Part shown: positions 8,168-17,343 of the stretch, in pieces
How the letters are laid out: each line of letters opens with the position of its first letter
Numbering within the stretch: the stretch's first letter is position 1
Assembly (NCBI GenBank): GCA_964514375.1
Contig: CAZEQH010000001.1
Coordinates: forward strand, 17,303-81,302
Source of the DNA: an uncultured Candidatus Saccharibacteria bacterium
GTDB lineage: Bacteria > Patescibacteriota > Minisyncoccia > Minisyncoccales > JANBVM01
Length of the DNA: 64,000 nt
Direction: 5' to 3'
The notes under the pieces: model-generated
Seen by the model: only the letters and a program-made list of their open reading frames with translations
Database searches by the model: none
What the model was told of the DNA's origin: nothing
Translations under genes and position numbers: made by a program

Positions 8168-8715
8168 ATATTAATATTAGCAAAAAACCGCCCGGTAAAA
8201 TAGGAAGTTATATACCCAGTAAGCATCCCGATAATCATTCCGGCCAGAATGTCTGATGGATAATGCACCCCTGCGATAATGCGGCTTATATTCATCAAAA
8301 CAGCGGCGGTAAAAAAGCCGATACCCCACTTTTTATTGTAAAAATAAATAGCGGCTGCCATTGCAAAGAAAAAAGCAGAATGACCGGATGGAAATGACCA
8401 TTCTTTGTCGGAATAAAACCACCCGTTTGATAAGAGCTTGTGGACCTGAAAGGCGAGAAAGGGGCGAGGACGATGGTAAAAGAAACGAATAATTTCTGTT
8501 ATTCCGAGACGGGCGACAATGATTGATATTACGGTTGTCCAGAACATATAGAGCTTTTCTCTCTTTGAATACACTGAAAAACACAAGAACAGAAGAAAGG
8601 TGGCAACGACAAAATACTGTAAATAAGAAGCGAAGAATACTACTAAAATATCAAAAAGCCGGGATTTGCCGGAGAAGTTATTAAGAAGATAGAATAATTC
8701 TATATCCAACACCAT
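8155..8715 (-). CDS. PAP2-family membrane phosphatase (BcrC/PgpB-like)
   Basis: PAP2 motifs YHRPRP, PSGHS, SRIIAGVHYPSD; multiple TM helices. Confidence 0.85.
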   Translation of the reverse strand: MVLDIELFYLLNNFSGKSRLFDILVVFFASYLQYFVVATFLLFLCFSVYSKREKLYMFWTTVISIIVARLGITEIIRFFYHRPRPFLAFQVHKLLSNGWFYSDKEWSFPSGHSAFFFAMAAAIYFYNKKWGIGFFTAAVLMNISRIIAGVHYPSDILAGMIIGMLTGYITSYFTGRFFANINIWKK

Positions 8716-8745
8716 ACAGTTATACTAGAAGCGTTTTGAGATAAA

Positions 8746-9150
8746 TTACCAGTCAATAATTTTTTCCTTGATACAGAAAGGTATAATCTGATTCTCTATG
8801 GACGGCGGGAGTTTTATCTTCTGTCTTTTATAGTTTTTTCCTACAAATCTGTATTCTTCCAATTCCGGGTCAATTAATTGAATTTTTCCTTTCAGGTTGA
8901 CTAAATAAGCCGATAGCCTGACTATTGCCTCATCAAAAACTGCTTTGTCTTCAAAATCGCCCAGCCTTTTAACAATCTCGGCTTCGCAATTGAATTCTTC
9001 CTTGATCTCCCGTCTCAAACATTCCTCTTCCGTCTCTCCCTGTTCGATTCTGCCGCCCAGACTAGTCCACATGTCCTTACCTACTTTGCGGACCATTAAA
9101 AATTTATTGTCTTTGACGACAACCGCTATTATTTTGTGTATCTTTCTCAT
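8746..9150 (-). CDS. NUDIX hydrolase
   Basis: Nudix box GGRIEQGETEEECLRREIKEEFNCE. Track start is TTG (9165); first ATG is at 9150. Confidence 0.85.
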   Translation of the reverse strand: MRKIHKIIAVVVKDNKFLMVRKVGKDMWTSLGGRIEQGETEEECLRREIKEEFNCEAEIVKRLGDFEDKAVFDEAIVRLSAYLVNLKGKIQLIDPELEEYRFVGKNYKRQKIKLPPSIENQIIPFCIKEKIIDW

Positions 9151-9284
9151 AGCTTTACGTAACAAAGTACAAGAATACTCGCAATTATTCTTCCTCTTTA
9201 ATTTTTTGTTCTCTCTCCATGATAGTGTTATTTTGAAGGATTATTACATTATAATCTTTTAACAATATTTTAAACAACCCGCTA

Positions 9285-9310
9285 AAAACCACCTCTTCGG
9301 GTGGTTTTAC
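9285..9310. terminator. Intrinsic terminator downstream of family A member 4
   Basis: AAAACCACC-TCTTCG-GGTGGTTTT. Confidence 0.65.
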
Positions 9311-9342
9311 GTGGTCTGTGCAACCAGGCGAGGCGGATTATC

Positions 9343-9945
9343 CTACCAGCTCAAGATAAACTCATGATATTCGTCACCCCTATGGATACATTTCGTTTCT
9401 CTGCAAACCGGATCCTTTCCGATAATCATTTCGAGAATAGCGGCTATATAACCTTTAAAAACGTAGCACAAAAAGGGATGAGTGCGAAAATTTTCAATCC
9501 TTACAATAGCGTATCTTTTCTTCTTATCGTATTCTGTAATTTTTAAATTGCCGAACTTATAGTGTGCTTCCCACATCCTTTGCGCGTTCCTTGCCGCCAT
9601 ATCGATGGAAACAAAGTATCTCATAAAAGCCCTTATGAGCATAGAAGAAATTTTGGCCTCAGTTCTTCCCATTTTTTCAAAATCCTTTTCTTTGTAATTA
9701 AAAATTTTACTGACGGCGATATCAAGAGCAACAAGTGCTCCTACAGGATAAAGAGCGGTTCTTTTAATATTTTTGTGATTGACTGTATAACCTGCTTCTG
9801 CCATCGCGTCCTCTATTTTTTTTAACTCCTTCTCTCCTTTCTGTTCCAGGATAAAGTCAAAATCAAGCATGATGCAATCGCCGGTAATCTCTCCTTCGAT
9901 TTTTCTTAACTCCACTAGCTCTTCTTCTGTGAATGTTTTTTCCAT
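9343..9945 (-). CDS. Paralog family A, member 4
   Basis: C-terminal CIHRGDEYHEFILSW. Track start is TTG (9960); first ATG (MEKTF) is at 9945, 19 nt downstream of the HD gene end (9964). Confidence 0.7.
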   Translation of the reverse strand: MEKTFTEEELVELRKIEGEITGDCIMLDFDFILEQKGEKELKKIEDAMAEAGYTVNHKNIKRTALYPVGALVALDIAVSKIFNYKEKDFEKMGRTEAKISSMLIRAFMRYFVSIDMAARNAQRMWEAHYKFGNLKITEYDKKKRYAIVRIENFRTHPFLCYVFKGYIAAILEMIIGKDPVCRETKCIHRGDEYHEFILSW

Positions 9946-9963
9946 ACTACATAATTGCAATAT

Positions 9964-10515
9964 TTAACTGAATTCTTTATGCCAACTGTGAAATATCTTC
10001 AGTTTATCTTTACCAAACTTACCAATATTCTTTTCGACCTCCTTAAAACTTAATTCTTGCCAGAGCAGACTTGGTGTTTTTGAATAGAAGAGGTCAGCAT
10101 AGCTAATAATCCTGTCTTCTATTCTGTCTGCCATAATATCTTCTGGCGGAAAAGGCAGCCCTTTGTTAATAATCTCTTCTTTTGTGATACCTAAGCCAAT
10201 ATGATTTCTTGCTACTCTCGCATATTCAGATAGACCTTCTGTTTCTAAAATCTTTTGACCCTCTAATGTATGCAGTATATAGGGCCTATTTCCAGTGCAA
10301 TGTATTTCTTCATCTTTCGTGTGTATTATTCCAATATCATGCAGCATGGATGCTTCTTCAATAAAACTAATCTGTTCTTCAGAAAGCCCCAGTTTCTTAC
10401 CAATTTTAACTGCTTTTGTCGTAACTAAAATTGCATGGATAATATATAGAGGATAAACGGGTGAATCCGGCTTGATATATTTATGGATTATTTTGAAATA
10501 ATCTACTTTTTTCAT
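9964..10515 (-). CDS. HD-domain phosphohydrolase
   Basis: HAILV...MLHDIG...ARNH...YADL, the HD superfamily metal-ligand pattern. 183 aa. Confidence 0.8.
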   Translation of the reverse strand: MKKVDYFKIIHKYIKPDSPVYPLYIIHAILVTTKAVKIGKKLGLSEEQISFIEEASMLHDIGIIHTKDEEIHCTGNRPYILHTLEGQKILETEGLSEYARVARNHIGLGITKEEIINKGLPFPPEDIMADRIEDRIISYADLFYSKTPSLLWQELSFKEVEKNIGKFGKDKLKIFHSWHKEFS

Positions 10516-10529
10516 TACCCAATTATACC

Positions 10530-10553
10530 AAAAACCCGGGACTAAATCCCGGG
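10530..10553 (-). terminator. Intrinsic terminator after the 116-aa membrane ORF
   Basis: Minus strand CCCGGG-ATTTAGT-CCCGGG followed by TTTTT, then GGTATAAT (a possible -10 for the HD gene). Confidence 0.6.
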
Positions 10554-10603
10554 TTGGCAGGGTGGTCTACGCGACCAGGTTCGAACTTGCCATTTAATAA
10601 AGA

Positions 10604-10954
10604 CTAATTAACTAGATATGTTTTTAATGAGTATACCAGCATTAAAATTGGGATTAAAAGACCAATAATCAATAAAATCACTTCCTTAAGGTTGTTTTTA
10701 ATACTTGCTTCTTTGCTTTTCATCATTGCTATTATGGCCAGTACTCCGAAAAGAAGTGATAAATAAGGAGAAAAACGCATACCCGCTGTAATTATTGAGT
10801 ATATAAACCAGTGGAAAGGGGATTCAATATCTGGAGGAGTTTTCGGATAAAACATTACTCCTATAAGAAAGGATATTATAGGTATTACAACGGCGAAAAC
10901 AAAACACGCAATAGCTAGTTTAGTAATCCTCTCTTTTTGTAATTTTTCTTCCAT
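10604..10954 (-). CDS. Small membrane protein, tandem paralog 1
   Basis: 116 aa, MEEKLQKE..., three or four TM helices. Similar layout to the adjacent ORF. Confidence 0.5.
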   Translation of the reverse strand: MEEKLQKERITKLAIACFVFAVVIPIISFLIGVMFYPKTPPDIESPFHWFIYSIITAGMRFSPYLSLLFGVLAIIAMMKSKEASIKNNLKEVILLIIGLLIPILMLVYSLKTYLVN

Positions 10955-10955
10955 A

Positions 10956-11315
10956 TTATCTAATTAGAAAAAACCAAAATAAAATAACCATCCAGATTGC
11001 CAACAAAAGAATGATAGCTAGCATAATCTTTTCCTTACTTAAATTCTTTTTAGCGCCTATGTCTTCTGTTTTCTCCTTGATTTTACATTTATTTATAAAA
11101 GCTACTATAACTAAGATGATGGCCAATATAGGAGAAACAAAAATTCCTGTTATAATCAAGAAGAATACAACCTGCTGGAGAAGAGATGGATTACGAGGGA
11201 GTTCTGGGAAGAACATTATTCCTATAAGAAACAACGCGATAGGCATTACAGCGAAATAAAGGGTCAATTCCATTAATTTGTTGTCACCTTTCTTTTTTTC
11301 TTTTTCTTCTTCCAT
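10956..11315 (-). CDS. Small membrane protein, tandem paralog 2
   Basis: 119 aa, MEEEKEKKK...FLIGIMFFPELP versus FLIGVMFYPKTP in the neighbour. 1-nt gap between the two genes. Confidence 0.5.
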   Translation of the reverse strand: MEEEKEKKKGDNKLMELTLYFAVMPIALFLIGIMFFPELPRNPSLLQQVVFFLIITGIFVSPILAIILVIVAFINKCKIKEKTEDIGAKKNLSKEKIMLAIILLLAIWMVILFWFFLIR

Positions 11316-11424
11316 ATTATTTAATTATACTCTAAAAATCAAAATTTGAAAAAACTTTTATACAGCTTGATTCTCGCTACCGAGAGCATAGAGTCAAATT
11401 ACTAAAAACCAAATACTAACTACT

Positions 11425-11450
11425 AAAACCCTCCGTTTATGAGGGTTTTC
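11425..11450 (-). terminator. Intrinsic terminator of the tRNA-Lys/tRNA-His unit
   Basis: AAACCCTC-loop-GAGGGTTT. The same stem sequence recurs at 59484-59511. Confidence 0.6.
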
Positions 11451-11452
11451 AT

Positions 11453-11478
11453 GGGCTTGCCCTGAGCGAAGTCGAAGG
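11453..11478 (-). repeat. tRNA 3-prime trailer repeat (CCTTCGAC...GCTCAGGGCAAGCCC type)
   Basis: Minus strand reads CCTTCGACTTCGCTCAGGGCAAGCCC directly after tRNA-His. Related copies at 35254, 45774 and 59334. Confidence 0.6.
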
Positions 11479-11553
11479 GGTGGTCGACGGGAATCGAACC
11501 CGCACATCTCCTCGGCCACAACGAGGCGCTTTGCCAATTAAGCTACGACCACC
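11479..11553 (-). tRNA. tRNA-His (GUG) with G-1, CCA not encoded
   Basis: Acceptor GTGGTCG/CGACCAC preceded by an extra G. Anticodon stem CCTCG/CGAGG with loop TTGTGGC. T-loop TTCGATT. Confidence 0.85.
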
Positions 11554-11707
11554 ATAATTTCAAATCCCAAATCCTAAACTCCAAGCTCCAAATAAATACC
11601 AATAACCAAATTTCTAATTAAGCAAGTCGAAAACTTTGTATTTGAATTCTGATGCTTCGAATTTATTTGGGATTTGGATATTGGGATTTAGAATTTCTCT
11701 CTAAGTG

Positions 11708-11780
11708 TGCCCCCACCAGGACTCGAACCTGGAACCAATTGCTTAAGAGGCAACTGCTCTGCCAATTGAGCTACGGGGGC
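11708..11780 (-). tRNA. tRNA-Lys (CUU), CCA not encoded
   Basis: Acceptor GCCCCCG/TGGGGGC, anticodon stem GTTGC/GCAAT with loop CTCTTAA, T-arm CCAGG-TTCGAGT-CCTGG. Confidence 0.85.
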
Positions 11781-11916
11781 CTGGCGATAATACCTTAATA
11801 TCTTACTATGGAAAAGGGGAAATGTCCATGCCTCTTTATTCATTTTATCACAACCAAAAACCCGGGTCTCCTGCCAGCTGGCGGATCCCGGGCTTTGATG
11901 TGATAGATAATTATTT

Positions 11917-12519
11917 TTACTCCTTGGTTTTAATCACCTGGTCTATAATTCCGTATTCCTTGGCTTCTTCCGGAGACAGATAGAAGTCGCGGTCGGTATC
12001 TTTTTCTACTTTCTTTAAGTTCTGGCCGGTGTGTTTGGCAATTATGTGATTTACCTTGTCTTTAAGCCGGATGATGTGTTTTGCGGCAATTTCAATCTCT
12101 ACGGCCTGTCCTCCCACCCCACTTACGGCTACCTGGTGCAGGAGAATCTGGGCATTGGGCAGGGCAAACCTTTTCCCCTTGGCTCCTGCAGCCAGCAGTA
12201 CGGCAGCTCCCGAAGCAGCAGACCCTACACAAACGGTTGAGACCGGACAGTTTATATATTGAATGGTGTCATAGATGGCTAAGGCCGAGGTCAGCACTCC
12301 ACCCGGTGAGTTAATGTATAACTGGATGTCTTTCTTGGGGTTCTGGGAAGCCAGGAAAAGCATCTGGGCAATAATGGAGTTTGCTATGGGGTCGACAATA
12401 GGCCCTCCCAGGAAAACAATCCTTTCTTTCAGGAGCCGGGAATAAATGTCATACACCCGCCATCCCTGCTGGGTTTTCTCCACGACGTTGGGAATGATGT
12501 TGTTGTTTTTAGGTTTCAT
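11917..12519 (-). CDS. clpP: ATP-dependent Clp protease proteolytic subunit
   Basis: [11 protein letters not shown] (Ser), LLHQ (His), [20 protein letters not shown] (Asp region). 200 aa. Confidence 0.95.
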   Translation of the reverse strand: MKPKNNNIIPNVVEKTQQGWRVYDIYSRLLKERIVFLGGPIVDPIANSIIAQMLFLASQNPKKDIQLYINSPGGVLTSALAIYDTIQYINCPVSTVCVGSAASGAAVLLAAGAKGKRFALPNAQILLHQVAVSGVGGQAVEIEIAAKHIIRLKDKVNHIIAKHTGQNLKKVEKDTDRDFYLSPEEAKEYGIIDQVIKTKE

Positions 12520-12538
12520 AATAGTAGTGTAGTGATTT

Positions 12539-13882
12539 TTAATTATTTTTTGTCTGTTTTTTTAACCGTTTTTGCCTTTTCGTCTTTTTTTCCTCTTCCC
12601 CCTCTTTTCCTTCGTCTTTTTCTTCTTTTCCCTCTTCTTCCTTTACGTCCTCTGCAATCTTTTCACTTTTCTTATCTTCCTCTTCCTTCATGACCTCCGC
12701 ACCCTCTGCACTTTTCGGCTCCTTTTCATCATCTTCCTCGTCTACATCAATCTTTCTTTCATCAGAAGGACTTCGAACATCTATTTTCCAGCCGGTGAGT
12801 TTGGCGGCCAGCCTGACGTTCTGTCCGTCTTTGCCGATAGCCAGCGACAGCTGGTCTTCCGGGACTATAGCTAAGGCCTTGTTTTTGGGAAGAATTTTTA
12901 TTTCCACCACTTTTGCCGGACTCAGGGCGTTGGCAAGGTATTCCTTGGGATCGTCTGAGTATTCGACGATGTCTATTTTTTCCCCTCCCAGTTCGTTTAT
13001 GATTACCTGCACCCTGGTTCCTCTTTGGCCTACAGCAGCTCCTATGGGGTCTATGCTTTCCTCTTTGGAAAAAACGGCTATTTTGGTTCTGGAGCCTGCT
13101 TCCCTGGCGATTGATTTTATTTCTACGGACCCCGAAGCTATTTCGGGCACCTCCAGCTCAAAAAGCCGTGAAACCAGCTTAGGATAGGCGCGGGAAAGAA
13201 AAATTTTAGGACCCTTAGGGGTTTCCTCCACCCTTAAGACGTACAGCTTCAAGCGCTGGCCCGGCCGATAGAATTCCCCGGGTACTTGTTCCTCTCTGGT
13301 AAGAACTCCCAAAGTTTTCCCAATGTTCAGTAAGATGTTCCTTCCTTCTATTCTTTGTACAACCCCGGATATTATTTGTTCTTCCTTTGATTTAAATTCT
13401 TCAAAGACCATTTTCTTTTCTGCCTCCCTGATGCGTTGCATAATCACCTGTTTGGCGGTTTGGGCTGCGATGCGTCCGTAATCCTGATGAGGTTCCAGGG
13501 GCAGAATAAGTTCCTCGCCCGGTTTTATCTCAGAGTTTATCTTTTCGGCGTCTTCTACCATAATATGCTTTTCCGGATGAAAACGGATTTTACCTTTTTC
13601 TTCGTCTCCCTCTTCCTGGTCGGCGGCTTTGGTTTCCTTCATTGCTTCCAACTCTTCCTCGGAATAAATCATGTCTTTGTCGACAACTAGCTTTATCTGC
13701 CAAAACTTAACCTCACCTGTCTCTGGTTCCAGTTCAGCCTTGATGACTTGTCCTTTTTCTCCATAGTCTTTTTTATATGCCGCAGCCAGCGCCTGTTCAA
13801 TGGTTTCCACTACTATCTCTCTGGGAAGACCTTTCTCTTCCGCAATTTGGGCGATAGCTGAGGCAAAATTTTTAAAATTCAT
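12539..13882 (-). CDS. nusA: Transcription termination/antitermination factor NusA with a long Lys/Glu-rich C-terminal tail
   Basis: NusA N-domain, S1 ([18 protein letters not shown]), two KH repeats ([35 protein letters not shown]), then about 70 aa of E/K-rich tail. Confidence 0.95.
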   Translation of the reverse strand: MNFKNFASAIAQIAEEKGLPREIVVETIEQALAAAYKKDYGEKGQVIKAELEPETGEVKFWQIKLVVDKDMIYSEEELEAMKETKAADQEEGDEEKGKIRFHPEKHIMVEDAEKINSEIKPGEELILPLEPHQDYGRIAAQTAKQVIMQRIREAEKKMVFEEFKSKEEQIISGVVQRIEGRNILLNIGKTLGVLTREEQVPGEFYRPGQRLKLYVLRVEETPKGPKIFLSRAYPKLVSRLFELEVPEIASGSVEIKSIAREAGSRTKIAVFSKEESIDPIGAAVGQRGTRVQVIINELGGEKIDIVEYSDDPKEYLANALSPAKVVEIKILPKNKALAIVPEDQLSLAIGKDGQNVRLAAKLTGWKIDVRSPSDERKIDVDEEDDEKEPKSAEGAEVMKEEEDKKSEKIAEDVKEEEGKEEKDEGKEGEEEKKTKRQKRLKKQTKNN

Positions 13883-13963
13883 ATATTTTTATTTAGATTA
13901 ACAGCTGATATTATTTCAAAAAAATGTCCGATTTTAGGGCGGACTCTTTTATCCTATCAAAAA

Positions 13964-14653
13964 TTATGATTTAGTCAAGCACCGGACTACCTTTTTGATT
14001 CTCGGCTCCTTATAGGGTTTGTCGTCGTCGAAGACCAACCTGTTTTTTATTATTTCGGTTTTAAAAATGTGTTTCTTGCTCTTGGCATTCCTCGCCATTA
14101 ATTCGGTAAGAGGACTGAGTCTTTTTAGAAAGATGGGAGCCAGACAAAGGATGCCGAAGGTGCCCACCGGGCTGAATTTATTAAAGTGGGCAGACAGCAC
14201 CAGGAAAAGAATCAAAAGCAGAATAGTGGCTTCGGCGGCATTCCAGGTTAGGGCCATCAGGACGGGCAGGATTAGAGAAAAACCTATTATTTTTGGAGAG
14301 AGAGCCAGGGCCGCTCCCACGAAAGTGCCTATTCCTCTGCCTCCGGCTAATTTCAGGAAGAAGGACCAGTTGTGCCCTACTACCGCAGCCGCTCCGGCCA
14401 GGGCCTGGAGGCTGGGAGGAAGATTGAACCTTTGGGCTATCCTGACGGCTGCATATCCTTTAGCCACGTCCAGTATGCCGGTTGCCACACCTTGCCACTT
14501 GCCTATGTTCTTAAATACATTAGAGCCGGAAGTTTTCCGCCACCCTATCTTCAGGATGTTCTGCTGGGTAGTAAGGCGGGTAATAATGTAGCCGAAGGGG
14601 ATAGAACCCAACAGGTAGGAAAGTACAATTATTGAAAGATTGGTCCAATTCAT
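13964..14653 (-). CDS. PlsY-family acyltransferase paralog (divergent, C-terminally extended)
   Basis: LLGSIPFGYII, TSGSNVFKN, DVAKGY, GHNWSFFLKLAGGRG follow the PlsY motif order with substitutions. 229 aa. Confidence 0.65.
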   Translation of the reverse strand: MNWTNLSIIVLSYLLGSIPFGYIITRLTTQQNILKIGWRKTSGSNVFKNIGKWQGVATGILDVAKGYAAVRIAQRFNLPPSLQALAGAAAVVGHNWSFFLKLAGGRGIGTFVGAALALSPKIIGFSLILPVLMALTWNAAEATILLLILFLVLSAHFNKFSPVGTFGILCLAPIFLKRLSPLTELMARNAKSKKHIFKTEIIKNRLVFDDDKPYKEPRIKKVVRCLTKS

Positions 14654-14657
14654 AAAG

Positions 14658-15245
14658 TTAAAGCTTAAGGGGACTTTTGGGTTCTTCCCGGCGGATAAGA
14701 CGTTTGATATTTTCCCTTAAGGCAAATGAGAGAATGAGAGCTCCCGTTATCCCGAAGGCAAGATATTGGGGAAAGAAAAAGTAGAGAAAGATTGAAAATA
14801 ACCAGGGGAAAAGCAGATTGGCCAGGGCAGTGATTTTTGTGGCGGCGAAGAGGAGAAGCCATACTGCAAATGCCGGAATAAAAAATTTTATTCCGACTAA
14901 TCCCAGGCAAGCTCCCAGAAAAGTAGAACCTCCCTTACCTCCCTTAAACTTGAAAAAAACAGGAAAGATATGTCCGATGGTCGGCACTAGAGCTACCGCC
15001 ATTAATTGCCAATCATTTTCAAGCAGCGGGCGGAACAATAAGACAGGCAGAACTCCCTTTGAAAAATCAAGTACGGCCGCCAGACTGCCCCATTTCCATC
15101 CCGCTGCCCGCGCCACGTTGGTGGCGGTGGCGGACTTGCTCCCTATATTGGTAATGTCGATTCCTCGGTATTTGGCTACGATATGGCCGAAAGATACTGA
15201 ACCGACAAGGTAAGAAAGTACGGATATTGATAAAAAAAGAATCAT
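14658..15245 (-). CDS. plsY: Glycerol-3-phosphate acyltransferase PlsY (acyl-phosphate dependent)
   Basis: YLVGSVSFGHIV, GSKSATATNVAR, DFSKG, GHIFPVFFKFKGGKG. 195 aa, multi-pass. Confidence 0.8.
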   Translation of the reverse strand: MILFLSISVLSYLVGSVSFGHIVAKYRGIDITNIGSKSATATNVARAAGWKWGSLAAVLDFSKGVLPVLLFRPLLENDWQLMAVALVPTIGHIFPVFFKFKGGKGGSTFLGACLGLVGIKFFIPAFAVWLLLFAATKITALANLLFPWLFSIFLYFFFPQYLAFGITGALILSFALRENIKRLIRREEPKSPLKL

Positions 15246-15248
15246 AAT

Positions 15249-16799
15249 CTACAAGGGGATATTGCCGTGTTTCCTGGGGGGTCGGCTTTCCCTTTTGTTA
15301 AGCAGGGACTCCAGTATTTTTATCAAAACCATTCTTGTCTGGGCCGGATTTATTATCTTATCGATTTGGCCGAGCTCAGCCGCTTCATAGGGGTTGAGAA
15401 AGGATTTTTTTAACTCCTCTATTTTTTCTTTTTCCAATTTTCCGGGATTTTTGCTTCTTTCCAGCTCTTTTCTGTAGATAATCTTCACTGCCTGCTCGGG
15501 ACCCATGACGGCAATTTGGGCCGAAGGCCAGGCCAGTACGGTGTCGTATCCTAATTTCCTGGAAGCCAGGGCGATATAGGCGCCGCCGAAAGCCTTTCGC
15601 AGTATAAGGCTTATTTTAGGAACAGATGCCTCCGAAAAAGCATAGAGCACCTTGGCTCCGTGCCTGATGATGCCTCTTGTTTCCTGGTCCACGCCCGGAA
15701 GGTATCCCGGCGTATCTACCAGGTTGATAAGTGGGATATTGAAGGCGTCGCAGAATCTTACAAAACGGGCTATCTTATCCGAGGAATCAATATCCAGGGT
15801 GCCGGCCATGGATTTAGTCTGGTTGGCTACTATGCCCGCTACCATTCCTCCCATTCTGGCTAAACCTACAATGGCGTTGGCGGCAAAATGGGGATGGATT
15901 TCGAAGAAAGAGTTTTTATCCGCTATTTCCGCGATCACTTCTTTCATATCATACCCCTTCTCGTCTTTTTCCGGAACCAGTTCCAGAAGCCGGTAGTTTT
16001 CCTCTTGTTCGAAAAGCTCTGCCAGCAGGCTTCTTTCTCTGGGAGGATTCTCAAGATTGTTCTGAGGAATGTACGAAAGCAGTTTTTTAACAGCTGAAAA
16101 GCAATCTTTTTCCGAATTGAATGAAAAGTGAGCGCATCCGCTTTTGGCGTTATGTACCTCAGCCCCTCCCAAACCCTCAGAAGAAACCTTTTCTCCGGTA
16201 ACTTTTTCTATAACCTGGGGACCCGTAATGTACATCTGCGAGATTCCCCGCACCATGAATACGAAATCGGACAGGCCCGGGGCGTATGAGGCGCCTCCCG
16301 CAGAAGGCCCTGCTATTACGGATATTTGAGGAATAATACCGGAAGCCTTTATCATTTCCCGGAACAGGGAGGCGTAGCCGTCCAAACTGGATATTCCTTC
16401 CTGGATTCTGGCTCCACCAGAATCTATTATGCCGATAACGGGACTGCCCGTTTTTCTAGCTAATCTAATGACCTTGACTATCTTTTTTCCATGCATTTCT
16501 CCGAGCGACCCTCCTATCTTGGAAAAGTCCTGGCTGTATACGCAAACCTGACGGCCGTTAATTTTTCCAAAGCCCGTTATGACCGCATCCCCGGAAACCT
16601 TCTTTTCCTCAAGTCCTAATTTGGTAAACCTGGTTTCAACAAAAGGATCCAGCTCCTCAAAGGTTTCCAGGTCAAGAAGAAGCTCAATCCTTTCCCTGGC
16701 GGTAAGTTTCCCTTTCTGATGCTGCTTCTCGGCCAATTCGGGGTTGTTGAGTCCTTTTTCTTTCTTATTTAATTGTTTAATGTCTTCTTCAAAGCTCAT
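15249..16799 (-). CDS. Acyl-CoA carboxylase carboxyltransferase subunit (PccB/12S type)
   Basis: 516 aa. KLTARERIELLLD, GFGKINGRQVCVYSQDF...GGSLGE, IGIIDSGGARIQEG are typical of fused alpha/beta carboxyltransferases. Confidence 0.9.
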   Translation of the reverse strand: MSFEEDIKQLNKKEKGLNNPELAEKQHQKGKLTARERIELLLDLETFEELDPFVETRFTKLGLEEKKVSGDAVITGFGKINGRQVCVYSQDFSKIGGSLGEMHGKKIVKVIRLARKTGSPVIGIIDSGGARIQEGISSLDGYASLFREMIKASGIIPQISVIAGPSAGGASYAPGLSDFVFMVRGISQMYITGPQVIEKVTGEKVSSEGLGGAEVHNAKSGCAHFSFNSEKDCFSAVKKLLSYIPQNNLENPPRERSLLAELFEQEENYRLLELVPEKDEKGYDMKEVIAEIADKNSFFEIHPHFAANAIVGLARMGGMVAGIVANQTKSMAGTLDIDSSDKIARFVRFCDAFNIPLINLVDTPGYLPGVDQETRGIIRHGAKVLYAFSEASVPKISLILRKAFGGAYIALASRKLGYDTVLAWPSAQIAVMGPEQAVKIIYRKELERSKNPGKLEKEKIEELKKSFLNPYEAAELGQIDKIINPAQTRMVLIKILESLLNKRESRPPRKHGNIPL

Positions 16800-16822
16800 A
16801 TCTTCTTTATTTTCACCCTATG

Positions 16823-17341
16823 TTATTCGCTTATTATTTTCAACTGATGCTTAAGTTCTTTAACTATTTGATTGATAATATCCCTGTTATCCACCTTCCT
16901 CCCAATTTCTATTTTAAGTGAAGTGGCGGTATTTTCCAGTTCCGCGGGGAACTTGCCTATATTGGTATTAAGGCCGATACCCATAATGGAAAATTTTACC
17001 TCAGACCCTATGACGGCTTCCGTAAGGATGCCTGCCACCTTTTTCCGGTTAATGTAGACGTCATTGGGCAGCTTGATAAGAGGTTCTAAATCGAAGTTTT
17101 CCTTGATAACCTTGGCGACCACAAAAGCTGCCAGGATGGTAAGAGTCTGTATGTCTTCCACCGTGCTTTTCGGCAGGATTACGGAAAAATAAAGGCCGCC
17201 TTTCGGGGAAAACCAGAAATCTTTTTTTCTGCCGTGGCCCGCCGTCTGTTCTTCGGCCCAGACAACCAGCCAGGGTTTATGTTTTTTCCCCTTAGCTAAA
17301 ATATTGGTGGAGGAAACTTTTTTATATTTCTCAATTTTCAT
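16823..17341 (-). CDS. birA: Biotin-protein ligase, catalytic domain only
   Basis: STN...EEQTAGHGRKKDFWFSPKGGLYFSV...NDVYINRKKVAGIL. Short (172 aa), without an HTH or a C-terminal domain. Confidence 0.75.
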   Translation of the reverse strand: MKIEKYKKVSSTNILAKGKKHKPWLVVWAEEQTAGHGRKKDFWFSPKGGLYFSVILPKSTVEDIQTLTILAAFVVAKVIKENFDLEPLIKLPNDVYINRKKVAGILTEAVIGSEVKFSIMGIGLNTNIGKFPAELENTATSLKIEIGRKVDNRDIINQIVKELKHQLKIISE

Positions 17342-17343
17342 AA

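Noticed and set aside
10555-10600. tRNA-like fragment GGCAGGGTGGTCTACGCGACCAGGTTCGAACTTGCC containing a GGTTCGAA T-loop-like box
   Set aside because: No full cloverleaf can be drawn (no matching T-stem, D-arm or anticodon arm). It may be a small hairpin next to the terminator or a decayed tRNA remnant. Evidence is too thin for a feature call.
12539-12720. Purine-rich low-complexity DNA (GAAGAAG/AAAGAA runs) at the 3-prime end of nusA
   Set aside because: It is in frame and encodes the Lys/Glu-rich NusA tail. It is not an independent non-coding repeat.
12690-13187. 165-aa plus-strand ORF, and similar long ORFs at 14019-14591, 14818-15213, 21829-22515, 22142-22672, 25430-25981, 31695-32075, 49997-50533 and 56975-57472
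   Set aside because: All lie antisense to, or out of frame within, genes with strong family motifs (nusA, plsY, FabZ::NMO, DUF359, DegV, ftsH, Cys-rich protein). Their translations are low-complexity Ser/Leu/Pro-rich shadow sequences.
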